A stretch of 59,919 nt of DNA from Bacteriovoracaceae bacterium (GCA_018649885.1 JABIHA010000006.1:1-59919), one strand, 5' to 3'; positions 40,901-49,035 are shown, numbered from the stretch's first letter. A program made the numbers and translations. The notes: generated by a model not told the origin, from the sequence alone.

Positions 40901-40996
40901 TCCTGGATCAATAATTCCTCCGCCTAGCATTCCGGGGGCAATTCTTTCTTCCAGCTTTTTACTTTTTAATTTGGGACTTTTCTTTCTCTTGGCCAT
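37958..40996 (-). CDS. Large hyper-acidic repeat protein with N-terminal LEERIAP (LEPR-XLL-like) leader; probable export substrate
   Basis: AGGAG RBS; MAKRKKSPKLKSKKLEERIAPG leader; five ~175-aa repeats built from ~40-45-aa DG[ST]-x5-PEG-x2-Y[DN] units; no Sec signal. Confidence 0.85.
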   Translation of the reverse strand: MAKRKKSPKLKSKKLEERIAPGMLGGGIIDPGAAAELADVGAGEPMEGDSGDCGETQHDESHDPSMEGEGEGQYLDDAADTEQLEAEANADGDEYNDGDNHEIDDSHGDEFYDSADAGSDFEEPGQWSEPDWVTANADGSYDIQPPEGVSIDDGMANFTAEAVNDVLPVEGATMNVDGSMDVPLPEGSSYDEGLNALVIPEGAEFPVPDDVETFTMANGSECIPLPDAGVEYDVETNSINVSNEILNEECPDNVDFHDDGSMSCELPHEGVEYNDDGSLCFSEAAGDYMDNPPPEYVGEMDCCEWQPDGSATFEVPEGCEVDGGIATIDHGAIADVLPIDENIEFNQDGTMNYSMPDDCQCDYNHDTGALTVSAEFDPNVIPDQYDYHENPDGSYTAQLDNGIDYNADSNCLEFSNECANELLPDNMALAEDGSLAIALPEATEFYEDGSFNVPQDQLDFIEQDCPDFVHECDWAATTPDGAYDCNPPEGYNVDPEAGTVSFGYDEFMNDFQSEIPEDVMINADGTMDISVHDATYDDASGTLTFAEGDIEVKDIPSDINYEVVDGSVKVELPEGINYDAEAQTLHVDNYWTGELIQDNVDISPAGEFTVDLPSGTEYGDDGSFHVPEHCADFMEYPEPDYCCHCDVMDYNVDGSINVPAVEGLQYDVDNCEAQFDANFATEHFDHMIPDDVSFNPDGTMDINLPNDCQYDDASGVLHFPEGSDGPHPNEIPDGINYDYNPDGSLDVTLPEGINYDADAGCVHVDNYWTGEMTPDCVEYTPEGEFHVDLPSDTYYGDDGSCCIPDHCTDFYENPEPSYAHDGPDWVSDNPDGSITVEVPEGVAIDAEAGTMTMDHDVAMEAFAEEIPDDFTFNTDGTLDVSLPEGTDYNADAHSITFPEGEGPHPHELPGDADYQILENGSMELNLPEGIDYNADTGSLHFDNEMANDMLPEELEYSATGQMTINLPEDTQYFEDQGSFVISAESADFMDDHPHDDYHDHGDHIDDGGQAAA

Positions 40997-41059
40997 GAGC
41001 GCGCTCCTTAAGTTTAGAGATTGTTAAATATCTTAAAAGATTTGTTTCCAGTTAAAGTG

Positions 41060-41088
41060 TTATCGGAAAATATAGACCAAAAACATGA
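41060..41088 (-). promoter_or_regulatory. Putative sigma28/FliA-type promoter for the acidic protein gene
   Basis: Minus strand reads TCATG-N16-TCCGATAA. Confidence 0.45.
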
Positions 41089-41216
41089 GCATGAAAGAAA
41101 AAAATAATTGCCTAATAAATGAATATTATGGAAGCTTTTTAATAACAAAACCTTCACTAAAATCGACCCTTTAAGTTTCCTTAATGTCGCTAAAAAAATC
41201 TCGTTTAATATAGATT

Positions 41217-42692
41217 TTATTTAGTGAAAAATACCTCTAAAAGTTGTCCACTTGACTTCTTGAATTGGTAAAAGTCCTTTAAAAATGACACTTTAGATTT
41301 TAAGAGTTGAAGCTCTGATTCCTCTCTCGATTGGAGGGCCTTTTTTAACTCGTAAAGTGTTGCTTTCCCGTTCTTGTATTTCAAAAAAAGTAACTTGTAC
41401 TTCTCTTTGTCAGCATCTACCACAACACCTAGGGCCTCGATCTTTTTCTCACCACTAATTAATAGATTGTGATTCTTTTTTAAGTCGGCCCTTGTTTGGC
41501 CCGCCAGCTTTGCTTTTTTCAAATTCTCTTGAACTGTTTTATAGGCATTCAGTTTCTTAGAAGAGTTAGCTGCATAACCCATTATGGAATACTCAAGGCT
41601 TGTGCCAATTGACCAAGAAGCGTACTTGGCGGCCCACACTTGATCGTGTGCCCTTCCCTGCTTGTGATTAAGCCCCTTGTAAGTCAAGCTGGCATCAAAA
41701 TCAAAATCTGGAAGCCTGTCCACTTTTGCATTTTTAAAAGCGGTTTTGTTTTTTCTAATGGATTTTTCAATCCTCTTAGACTCTTCTTTTCTGCTCATTG
41801 ATTTATCAACTAATATCGCCTCATCATTTTTTTTTGAAATGTCTGGAAGATCTTCTAGGACGGAGGTTAGGTCGTCATAATCAATCTCCCCTTGGTCTTT
41901 CTCACCAAAAGCGTGAAGTTCAAACTCCCCTCTTTTTGTGTTGTACTTTGTCTGGGTAGAAACTTTGCTATTAAACTTCTTTCTTTCATCACTACTTGCA
42001 TCTAGTTTATCAATTAATGAGGCCTTCCCCACGCGCCTTTTAGCACTCACCATTTCTAAATTTTCTATGGCATTTTTATGGGCAAGTGTTCTTACTTTTA
42101 AAGTAACGTGTTCCTGCAAACAATCTAAAAAGAGCTTTAGCCCTTTATCAACCTCTTTTACTAACTTTTCACCATGCTTGTGTTTTGCGATTTCACGATC
42201 GAGCTCAGCACTCTTAATACCTTTCTCAAGATAATCGGGAAAAAATGTTTCTAGTATGGGATGACTCATTGTTAGACCCAGTGAGGGCTCATGGGTTTTT
42301 CTTACTCTCCTAGAGGTTGAAGTGGAATCAACAACGTTATATGTATAGGGAAGACTTAGCTCAGTACCAAAGAAAAACTTCTTGGATAGTGTGGTGCTAT
42401 AGGTATCTGTTTTTGATTTTACAGAACTAGCTGCCCCGGTCGAGTCTAGTGACGAAGATGAAGGAGTGTCACTGTGATCTCTTGTGGCAGATAAGGACAG
42501 ATTGATATCGTAATCCCCCCTAGCGCTTTCAACAGAGGTGCCCTTTTCCTTCGTAGACATTTTGGAGATTTTTAAATCAAAATTATTTTCCAAAATAGCG
42601 CGTACTACGTCTTTTGTGTCTTGAATCTCACCATATGCATTTAAGCAAAATAAAACTGGAGCCGCTAAGGCCATGATTTTCTTTTTATCCAT
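41217..42692 (-). CDS. TolC family outer membrane protein
   Basis: Signal peptide; LENNFDLKI, ARGDYD, GKASLIDKL, RLPDFDF, YKNGKATLYEL. Confidence 0.88.
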   Translation of the reverse strand: MDKKKIMALAAPVLFCLNAYGEIQDTKDVVRAILENNFDLKISKMSTKEKGTSVESARGDYDINLSLSATRDHSDTPSSSSLDSTGAASSVKSKTDTYSTTLSKKFFFGTELSLPYTYNVVDSTSTSRRVRKTHEPSLGLTMSHPILETFFPDYLEKGIKSAELDREIAKHKHGEKLVKEVDKGLKLFLDCLQEHVTLKVRTLAHKNAIENLEMVSAKRRVGKASLIDKLDASSDERKKFNSKVSTQTKYNTKRGEFELHAFGEKDQGEIDYDDLTSVLEDLPDISKKNDEAILVDKSMSRKEESKRIEKSIRKNKTAFKNAKVDRLPDFDFDASLTYKGLNHKQGRAHDQVWAAKYASWSIGTSLEYSIMGYAANSSKKLNAYKTVQENLKKAKLAGQTRADLKKNHNLLISGEKKIEALGVVVDADKEKYKLLFLKYKNGKATLYELKKALQSREESELQLLKSKVSFLKDFYQFKKSSGQLLEVFFTK

Positions 42693-42761
42693 TAGAAAAT
42701 GATAGGGGAAAGCTAAAAAAATTCAATGCCTTGGCCTAAAATGTCCCATCATTAAACAAAC

Positions 42762-42789
42762 TAAATTTCTCAGGCCCTTTGCCCGATCA
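42762..42789 (+). promoter_or_regulatory. Putative sigma28/FliA-type promoter for the M50-MFP operon
   Basis: TAAAT-N15-CCCGATCA upstream of ATG 42827. Confidence 0.4.
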
Positions 42790-44923
42790 ATCAAGTCGGA
42801 TAGGTTCGCTTTATAAAAGTGGGAATATGGAAGACAAGTCAAAAGATTTTAAAAAATACCCTAAGCTTCGCGAAGATTTGAAGATCTCTCAAATTAAAAG
42901 AAGTGGAAAAGTTGGGTTTATCGTTAAAGAGCCAATGAGTGGTGAGTTCTATAAATTTGAATCTGAGGAATGGGAGATCATTGAGCTTTTTAATGGAGAG
43001 AACACCATTGATGACATGGTGGAAATCTACAATAAGAAACATAAACTCGACGAAATTGAGGCCCAGGCCCTAAGAGATTTTCAAGATGGTCTTGATGGTA
43101 TGAGTCTTTTAGTAAAATCAAAAGTCGACACCAATGTTATGCTCATTGAAAAAATGAAAGAAATGAGAAAGAGCCAACTTCTATCGAAGAAAGGTTCTAT
43201 TATGTATAAAAGATTCCCACTCGTTGATCCCGATAAATGGATGGACCGAGTCACTCCCAAAATAACATGGCTTTGGACTAAGTACTTTTTATTTTTCTCC
43301 ATGAGCGTCATGCTGGGAGCTGTTTTTATTATGATAAATAATTGGGCAGCTCTAGAAAATGGTACGAGAGAAATTTTCACCTTTAGTGAAATGTCTTGGC
43401 AAAATATGGCCATTTTATGGATTGTCGTCTATGCCACTATCGGAATTCACGAATTAGGACACGGATTAACTTGTAAATTCTACGGTGGTGAAGTCCACGA
43501 GATTGGATTTCTGCTGCTCTTTGGACAACCTTGTCTATATTGTAATGTTAACGATGCATGGCTGTTTGATAAAAAATGGAAGCAAGTCATGGTGACTATT
43601 GCTGGTGGGTATATTGAATTTTTCATTGGAGCAGTTTGTACCTATATTTGGTATTTCTCTAATCCCAATACCTTTATCAACCTCATTTCATTTCAAGTGA
43701 TGATCATTTGCTCAATCTCTACTATTTTATTTAACTTCAACCCGCTTATTAAGCTCGATGGGTACTACCTATTATCGGATTTTGTTGAAGTCCCCAACCT
43801 TAAAGAAGATTGTTTTACCTATCTTAAATACCTTGCTAAGAAATATGTTTTTAGAATGGATGAGCCAGATTTTGAGGCCACCTCCAGAGAAAAATTTATC
43901 TACTTCGCCTATGGTATTTGCTCATTTGGTTGGATGTTTGGGCTTCTTACTGGGCTATTTTTCATGGCACAGGGAATGCTTGTAGATTCACTAAACGAAT
44001 TTGGTGTCCTGATATCTCTTTTTATAGGATGGAAAATTGCAGGGGGATATGTTGATAGTATTAAAAAGTTTGGAGGGGATTTTATTATGAAAAACATCGC
44101 CTGGTTTTCTCAAAAGAAAAATCAATTCAAGGTGGGAGCAGGAGCAATTGCCCTGGTCGCCCTATTTTTCATACCCATTAAATATAAAATATACGGTGAG
44201 TGTGAGCTTGCCCCCAAGTATGTAAGAGTTGTCAGGGCAGAAACAGACGGCGTACTTACGAGCTGGAGTAAAGATGATGGAGACTTCATAATAAATGGTG
44301 AAACCATTGCAAATGTAAGCAACTTTACAACTAACTATGGCAGAGGCATTGCATCTCTGGCCTATGAAAAACAAATAGTGAAGCATAGAAAGGTTCTGAT
44401 AGATAATCCACAAGGTGCACAATCAGAGAAAAAAGAATTGGCCTCTAAAAAGTCAGAGCTCGAACTCAAAGAACGTGAAGTTCGCGGACTGACTCTCAAA
44501 TATCAAGGCCCCTATGAACTAGCGACGCTCAATTGCCCAGACTCAGCTAAAACCTTGGGAAGTTTTGTCAAAAAAGGTGATGAACTATGCCAGGTACATG
44601 GTGTTAAAGGTCTTCGCGCAAAAATTAATGTGACTGAACAGCAAGTTCGCTTTCTTGAAGCCGGCCAAGATGTTCAATTTAAATTATATTCTAAACCCTA
44701 TTTCACTTACTTTGGTAAAGTGAAAAAGATTAATCAAAGTACGAGAGCCGATCCCAAGAACCCCAAAAGAAAATTCTATGTTGCTGAGCTTTTAATTAGT
44801 AACCCGGGGGAGCTTAAGTCTGGCATGAGTGGGAAAGCAAAAATCATGGGTGAAAATGTTTCGATAATAAAATATCTAGGTATAAAAATAGTGGAAAACT
44901 TAAGAATGGATTTATTCTTCTAA
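42779..44923 (+). CDS. PqqD/RRE-like domain + M50 (site-2) zinc peptidase + HlyD-family MFP fusion (start probably ATG 42827)
   Basis: N-terminal PKLREDL...VKEPMSGEFY...FNGENTIDD...LL winged-helix pattern; HELGH; IAGG; FNFNPLIKLDGYY; TM helices; C-terminal FVKKGDELC and LKSGMSGKAKI. Confidence 0.9.
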   Translation: MPDQSSRIGSLYKSGNMEDKSKDFKKYPKLREDLKISQIKRSGKVGFIVKEPMSGEFYKFESEEWEIIELFNGENTIDDMVEIYNKKHKLDEIEAQALRDFQDGLDGMSLLVKSKVDTNVMLIEKMKEMRKSQLLSKKGSIMYKRFPLVDPDKWMDRVTPKITWLWTKYFLFFSMSVMLGAVFIMINNWAALENGTREIFTFSEMSWQNMAILWIVVYATIGIHELGHGLTCKFYGGEVHEIGFLLLFGQPCLYCNVNDAWLFDKKWKQVMVTIAGGYIEFFIGAVCTYIWYFSNPNTFINLISFQVMIICSISTILFNFNPLIKLDGYYLLSDFVEVPNLKEDCFTYLKYLAKKYVFRMDEPDFEATSREKFIYFAYGICSFGWMFGLLTGLFFMAQGMLVDSLNEFGVLISLFIGWKIAGGYVDSIKKFGGDFIMKNIAWFSQKKNQFKVGAGAIALVALFFIPIKYKIYGECELAPKYVRVVRAETDGVLTSWSKDDGDFIINGETIANVSNFTTNYGRGIASLAYEKQIVKHRKVLIDNPQGAQSEKKELASKKSELELKEREVRGLTLKYQGPYELATLNCPDSAKTLGSFVKKGDELCQVHGVKGLRAKINVTEQQVRFLEAGQDVQFKLYSKPYFTYFGKVKKINQSTRADPKNPKRKFYVAELLISNPGELKSGMSGKAKIMGENVSIIKYLGIKIVENLRMDLFF

Positions 44924-44941
44924 AAATTAGGGGTCATTACA

Positions 44942-45688
44942 ATGAAAACTATTTTACTGTCAGCTCTTCTACTTGCAACAAGTGCGTGGGCCTATAAAGT
45001 CACAGGAGTTCTCGCCGGAAAGCAAGAAGTGTTAATTAAGTCGAAGTCTCAAGGAGAAATTACCCAAATTGAGAAAAAAGAAGGCACTAAAGTACTTGCT
45101 GGGGATACTCTTGCGACAATTGATGACGAACAAGAACAAATTGAATGGAAACAAGCTGCTGAAGAGCTCAAGTCTGCCAAGGGTGATTACTTAAAAACCA
45201 AGGCACTCAAAAAATATGTTTCGCAAGAAGAGCTAATCAAAAAAAGGGATATTTATCTCAAGAAAAAGTCAATCTATGAACTCAAAGGCTACAACCTAAA
45301 AAATACTAAAATAACTTCTCCCATTGCTGGTGTTATTAGTAAGAAATTTATTAAAATGGGTGAAACGGTAAGCAACGGAGCAAAGACTTTTGAAGTCATC
45401 AATTCTGAAAACCTAATTATTGAAATTGATGTGCTGGCAGAAAAAAGTAAAAACCTAAAAATAGGACGCTTTCTAAGCTTCAGCTCTGATCTACATCCGA
45501 AAAAAAGCTTTAAGGCCAAAATAACCTTTGTTGCACCTACAATTGATAAAGCTTCTGGAACTACAAGATTAAAGCTGGAGCTTAAAAACAATGTTGTGCA
45601 CGGACGTTATGAGCTAAAGCCAGGTACTCTTGTCAATGTTCACCTTAAAACTGATCGTCTACCTGCAAGTAGTGCATCTTCTAAGTAG
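44942..45688 (+). CDS. RND/HlyD-type periplasmic adaptor (membrane fusion protein)
   Basis: Signal peptide; KEGTKVLAGDTL, ITSPIAGVI, PTIDKASGT, LKPG. Confidence 0.9.
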   Translation: MKTILLSALLLATSAWAYKVTGVLAGKQEVLIKSKSQGEITQIEKKEGTKVLAGDTLATIDDEQEQIEWKQAAEELKSAKGDYLKTKALKKYVSQEELIKKRDIYLKKKSIYELKGYNLKNTKITSPIAGVISKKFIKMGETVSNGAKTFEVINSENLIIEIDVLAEKSKNLKIGRFLSFSSDLHPKKSFKAKITFVAPTIDKASGTTRLKLELKNNVVHGRYELKPGTLVNVHLKTDRLPASSASSK

Positions 45689-45690
45689 AG

Positions 45691-46167
45691 TTAGCGATTG
45701 AATTTAAGACTGTGTGGTGATTTAAAACGATTGTACCGAAGAGTGTGTTTCTTATCTGCTTTAGAGGCCACACCTCTACCCATTTTCTTTTCCATGCACG
45801 AAATGTGAAGGGCAGGCTTACCTCTAGTCCAACTATTTTCTTTAAAGTAGAAATCATAAGAGAAATTATTTAGGCCCATGCCATAGCCGTGGCAATAACT
45901 TGTGGCCCACGTTTGCATTTCAGAGAAAAAGCTCCTACTTTTTGGATTGAGAACTCCATCACTACACCAGGCCATAAAACTGCCTTTGTATTTGTGTGAA
46001 TTGGCCCAATAACCAACAACTTCAGAGTCTCCTTTTTCACAAAGAGAGCCGGCAAGACCCACAATTTCTTTTTCTATATTCACGATATGATCATGTAGTT
46101 GAACTGAGCCTGACCACGAAAGCGGCGAGCACAAGAAAATGAAAATACCTATTCGAACTCTCATCAT
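45691..46167 (-). CDS. Hypothetical exported Cys-containing protein
   Basis: Signal-peptide-like N-terminus; four spaced Cys in the mature part. Confidence 0.6.
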   Translation of the reverse strand: MMRVRIGIFIFLCSPLSWSGSVQLHDHIVNIEKEIVGLAGSLCEKGDSEVVGYWANSHKYKGSFMAWCSDGVLNPKSRSFFSEMQTWATSYCHGYGMGLNNFSYDFYFKENSWTRGKPALHISCMEKKMGRGVASKADKKHTLRYNRFKSPHSLKFNR

Positions 46168-47482
46168 AGAGTCCTTTCGTTATTTTTCTCATGAAGCTTT
46201 AATTGGGTTTTACTGTTATTTCAATACGTTAACTCTTTCAGCAATCATGCTTCACCCAATCCTGCGTCGCATCGTCAAGCAGAATTCTATTGTGATTTTA
46301 GCCCCACCTCCTATATTATCTGAAACGATTTACCACAGTACTCTACCCAGGGAGATCTCGTTGAAATTAATCACTATTTTGGCCCTAGCCCTTTCATCCA
46401 CTGCCGTATTTCCCTCAGTTTTTTCACCGGAAGCGGAGTTTGAAAACAAGGCCTTCTCCTACATCTATATTGACCAAAAACTATCTCCCCACCTGGGACT
46501 CAACTCACTGACTCCAGACCCCGAAGTCAAACTGGTAAACGGCTTGTCTACTAGGTTTGTAAGGCCAGCTGCCAGGGAGAATTTAAATTACCTAAAGCTT
46601 TCAAGGGTGCCATGTTACAAAAAAGGCGCAAGGCCCATCTCGTACAGCATTGAAGGGGCCAAAAAAATTACGGTTAAACTACCTCCATGTAAGTGGGACG
46701 CTTCCTCCCCTCTGCGATTTAGCTTCATTGCAGACACTCAGGAGTTTCCAGAACGTGCCAAAAATTTTTCAGATAAATTGGCAAAAAATGACTCTCATTT
46801 TTTCATCCATGCAGGAGACCATGTTCAGACAGGAAAAAAAGAGTCCCACTGGCAGAAGTATTTTTTGGCGCTAGAATCAGCGCGAAAAGATCGATTGATG
46901 CTTTCAGCTGTAGGAAATCATGAATACCGCTATGGGAAAAAGGCGCGAGCTCTATGGCAGAAATATTTTGGCAAAAACTTTAGAAATCAAAATATTGTTT
47001 TAAAAATTGGGGACGCAGTCTTTATTATGTTTAATTCCAATTTCGCTGATGATCCTGCACTTGTTTTAGGACAGTTGAGGTGGCTAAATAATGCTCTTAA
47101 AACTCCGGTTAAATGGAAGTTTGTGATCATGCACCATCCCCCTTATTCCAGAACTCCAAGTCATTCAAAATTTTATTGGAAAAAAGAATTTCTGGCGCTG
47201 AGAGAGCACTACATTCCTCTGTTTGAGAGATACAAAGTCGACGCCGTCCTCAGTGGGCACACTCACATATATGAAAGATCTGTTAAAAAAGGGATTCAAT
47301 ATGTGACGGCCGGAGCAGCTGGAGGAAAGATGGGAATTATGGGAGGCAAAAATAAATACTCCGTAATTGCTGGAAAATGGCGAACATTGACCCATTTTAC
47401 GCTCACTCCGAATAAACTCACCATGTTGACTGAAGATCTCGATGGCCATAGATTGGACACCATAGAGATAAATAAAAAATAA
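46139..47482 (+). CDS. Purple acid phosphatase-like metallophosphoesterase (start probably TTG 46361)
   Basis: ADTQ, HAGDHV, GNHE, HHPPY, SGHTHIYER; GGAG RBS and signal peptide at 46361. Confidence 0.9.
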   Translation: MKIPIRTLIIESFRYFSHEALIGFYCYFNTLTLSAIMLHPILRRIVKQNSIVILAPPPILSETIYHSTLPREISLKLITILALALSSTAVFPSVFSPEAEFENKAFSYIYIDQKLSPHLGLNSLTPDPEVKLVNGLSTRFVRPAARENLNYLKLSRVPCYKKGARPISYSIEGAKKITVKLPPCKWDASSPLRFSFIADTQEFPERAKNFSDKLAKNDSHFFIHAGDHVQTGKKESHWQKYFLALESARKDRLMLSAVGNHEYRYGKKARALWQKYFGKNFRNQNIVLKIGDAVFIMFNSNFADDPALVLGQLRWLNNALKTPVKWKFVIMHHPPYSRTPSHSKFYWKKEFLALREHYIPLFERYKVDAVLSGHTHIYERSVKKGIQYVTAGAAGGKMGIMGGKNKYSVIAGKWRTLTHFTLTPNKLTMLTEDLDGHRLDTIEINKK

Positions 47483-47495
47483 AGGGCACACACTT

Positions 47496-48245
47496 TTGGG
47501 CGATCATCTAAAAATTATTCTCCTGATACTTTTTCAAATTGGTGTCATGATTTTCATAGCGACTAAAGGAGTTATCGCTCAAGATCCCACCTATCATCAA
47601 TTTGCTGATGCCAGAAATTTTTTCGGCCTCCCCAATTTTTGGAATGTTCTATCTAATATTCCCTTTTTCTTTGTGGGAATTATGGGTCTTGTAGCCATAT
47701 CAAAAAATCCTAAAGGGGCAGCATGGTCTTGGATTACAGTTTATCTGGGAACAGCTTTTGTTTGTATCGGATCTAGTTACTACCACCTAGAACCAAATAA
47801 CCAAACCCTAGTGTGGGATAGATTACCTATGACAATTGGCTTTATGGGCCTTTTCTCTGCGGTTATAAGCGAATTTATAGACGAAAAAATCGAAAAATAT
47901 TCTCTCATTCCTTTCTTAATCTTGGGAGCACTCAGTGTCTATTACTGGAAAGTCAGTGGAGACCTAAGGCCCTATGTTTTTATTCAGGCCTCACCTCTTG
48001 TCAGTATTTTATTTATGTTTGTGCTCTTTAAATCAAAGTACACTCCTTCATGGCATCTAATATTAGCGCTGGTCTTTTACGCTCTCGCCAAGGCAGTAGA
48101 ATACTACGACCACGACATCTACGACTTCACTGCAGGTATTATGAGCGGCCATGCCATCAAACATGTACTGGCGGCCATGGGCCTTTATTTCACCATATCC
48201 ATGATCAGACAAAGACGTGTCAGAAGCCTTTTCAAGCTGAACTGA
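47496..48245 (+). CDS. Ceramidase-domain (CREST superfamily) membrane protein
   Basis: QDPTYHQFAD, NVLSNIPF, GSSYYH, WDRLPMT, SGHAIKH. Confidence 0.88.
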   Translation: MGDHLKIILLILFQIGVMIFIATKGVIAQDPTYHQFADARNFFGLPNFWNVLSNIPFFFVGIMGLVAISKNPKGAAWSWITVYLGTAFVCIGSSYYHLEPNNQTLVWDRLPMTIGFMGLFSAVISEFIDEKIEKYSLIPFLILGALSVYYWKVSGDLRPYVFIQASPLVSILFMFVLFKSKYTPSWHLILALVFYALAKAVEYYDHDIYDFTAGIMSGHAIKHVLAAMGLYFTISMIRQRRVRSLFKLN

Positions 48246-48344
48246 TCTCCCCTCAAAAACTGAAAAATAATTATGCTTTGCAAAGGGACTATCGGGTTAA
48301 CCCATTGATATTTAAAGCTTTTCTCAATTGAATTAAAAATCTTC

Positions 48345-48396
48345 TTGCCGTACGTAGAGCGTACGCCTATACTTTATTTGTACGTAAAACTTACGC
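48345..48396 (+). promoter_or_regulatory. lexA sigma70 promoter with two candidate LexA operators
   Basis: TTGCCG-N17-TATACT; GTACGTAGAGCGTACGC (48350-48366) and GTACGTAAAACTTACGC (48380-48396), both CGTA-N5-TACG palindromes. Confidence 0.75.
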
Positions 48397-48417
48397 AAAA
48401 CAAATAGGAGATTTTGC

Positions 48418-49035
48418 TTGAGCCTGACTAGAAAACAAAAAGAAGTTCTCGATTTTATTGTGGCCTATATAGACCACGAAGGGATTTCACCTACCTATTC
48501 AGAAATCCAGGAATACTTTGGACTAAAATCAAAAGGCTCCGTTCACGACTACGTAAGATATTTAAAGCGTGCTGGTTTCTTGGAAATAGATCCCAACTCC
48601 CACCGAGGACTCACTCCCACTAACCCTGAGAGCAAGTCCACTCGCACAGAAGTCGAAATCCCACTTCTAGGAAGCGTCGCTGCCGGCTGCCCCCTAGATG
48701 TGATGGATAATATGGAACACTGTGAAAATGTCTCTATCCCTTCTCACATGATTGGCCGGGGGAAATACTTCGCCCTTCAAGTTGAAGGTCAAAGTATGAT
48801 TGAAGAAGGCATTTTAGATGGAGATATTATTGTCGTGAAGGCCGCAAGGAGTGCTCACAACGGACAAACTGTTGTGGCCTTAGTGGAAGGCGGAGCTACT
48901 GTAAAAAAATATTATCAAAAAAATAATAAAATAGAATTACATCCTGCAAATCATACTATGGATCCCATTGTCGTCACTGGCGGGGATTTCGAACTACAAG
49001 GTTTAGTGGTCGGGCTCTACCGAGCTTATGGCTAA
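48418..49035 (+). CDS. lexA: SOS repressor LexA
   Basis: LTRKQ..wHTH, VAAG cleavage site, GQSM (Ser), TVKK (Lys). Confidence 0.96.
   Translation: MSLTRKQKEVLDFIVAYIDHEGISPTYSEIQEYFGLKSKGSVHDYVRYLKRAGFLEIDPNSHRGLTPTNPESKSTRTEVEIPLLGSVAAGCPLDVMDNMEHCENVSIPSHMIGRGKYFALQVEGQSMIEEGILDGDIIVVKAARSAHNGQTVVALVEGGATVKKYYQKNNKIELHPANHTMDPIVVTGGDFELQGLVVGLYRAYG

Noticed and set aside
33676..45688. Classical RTX type I secretion system or RND drug efflux pump
   Set aside because: No ABC ATPase or RND permease in the cluster, and no GGxGxD repeat array in the cargo.
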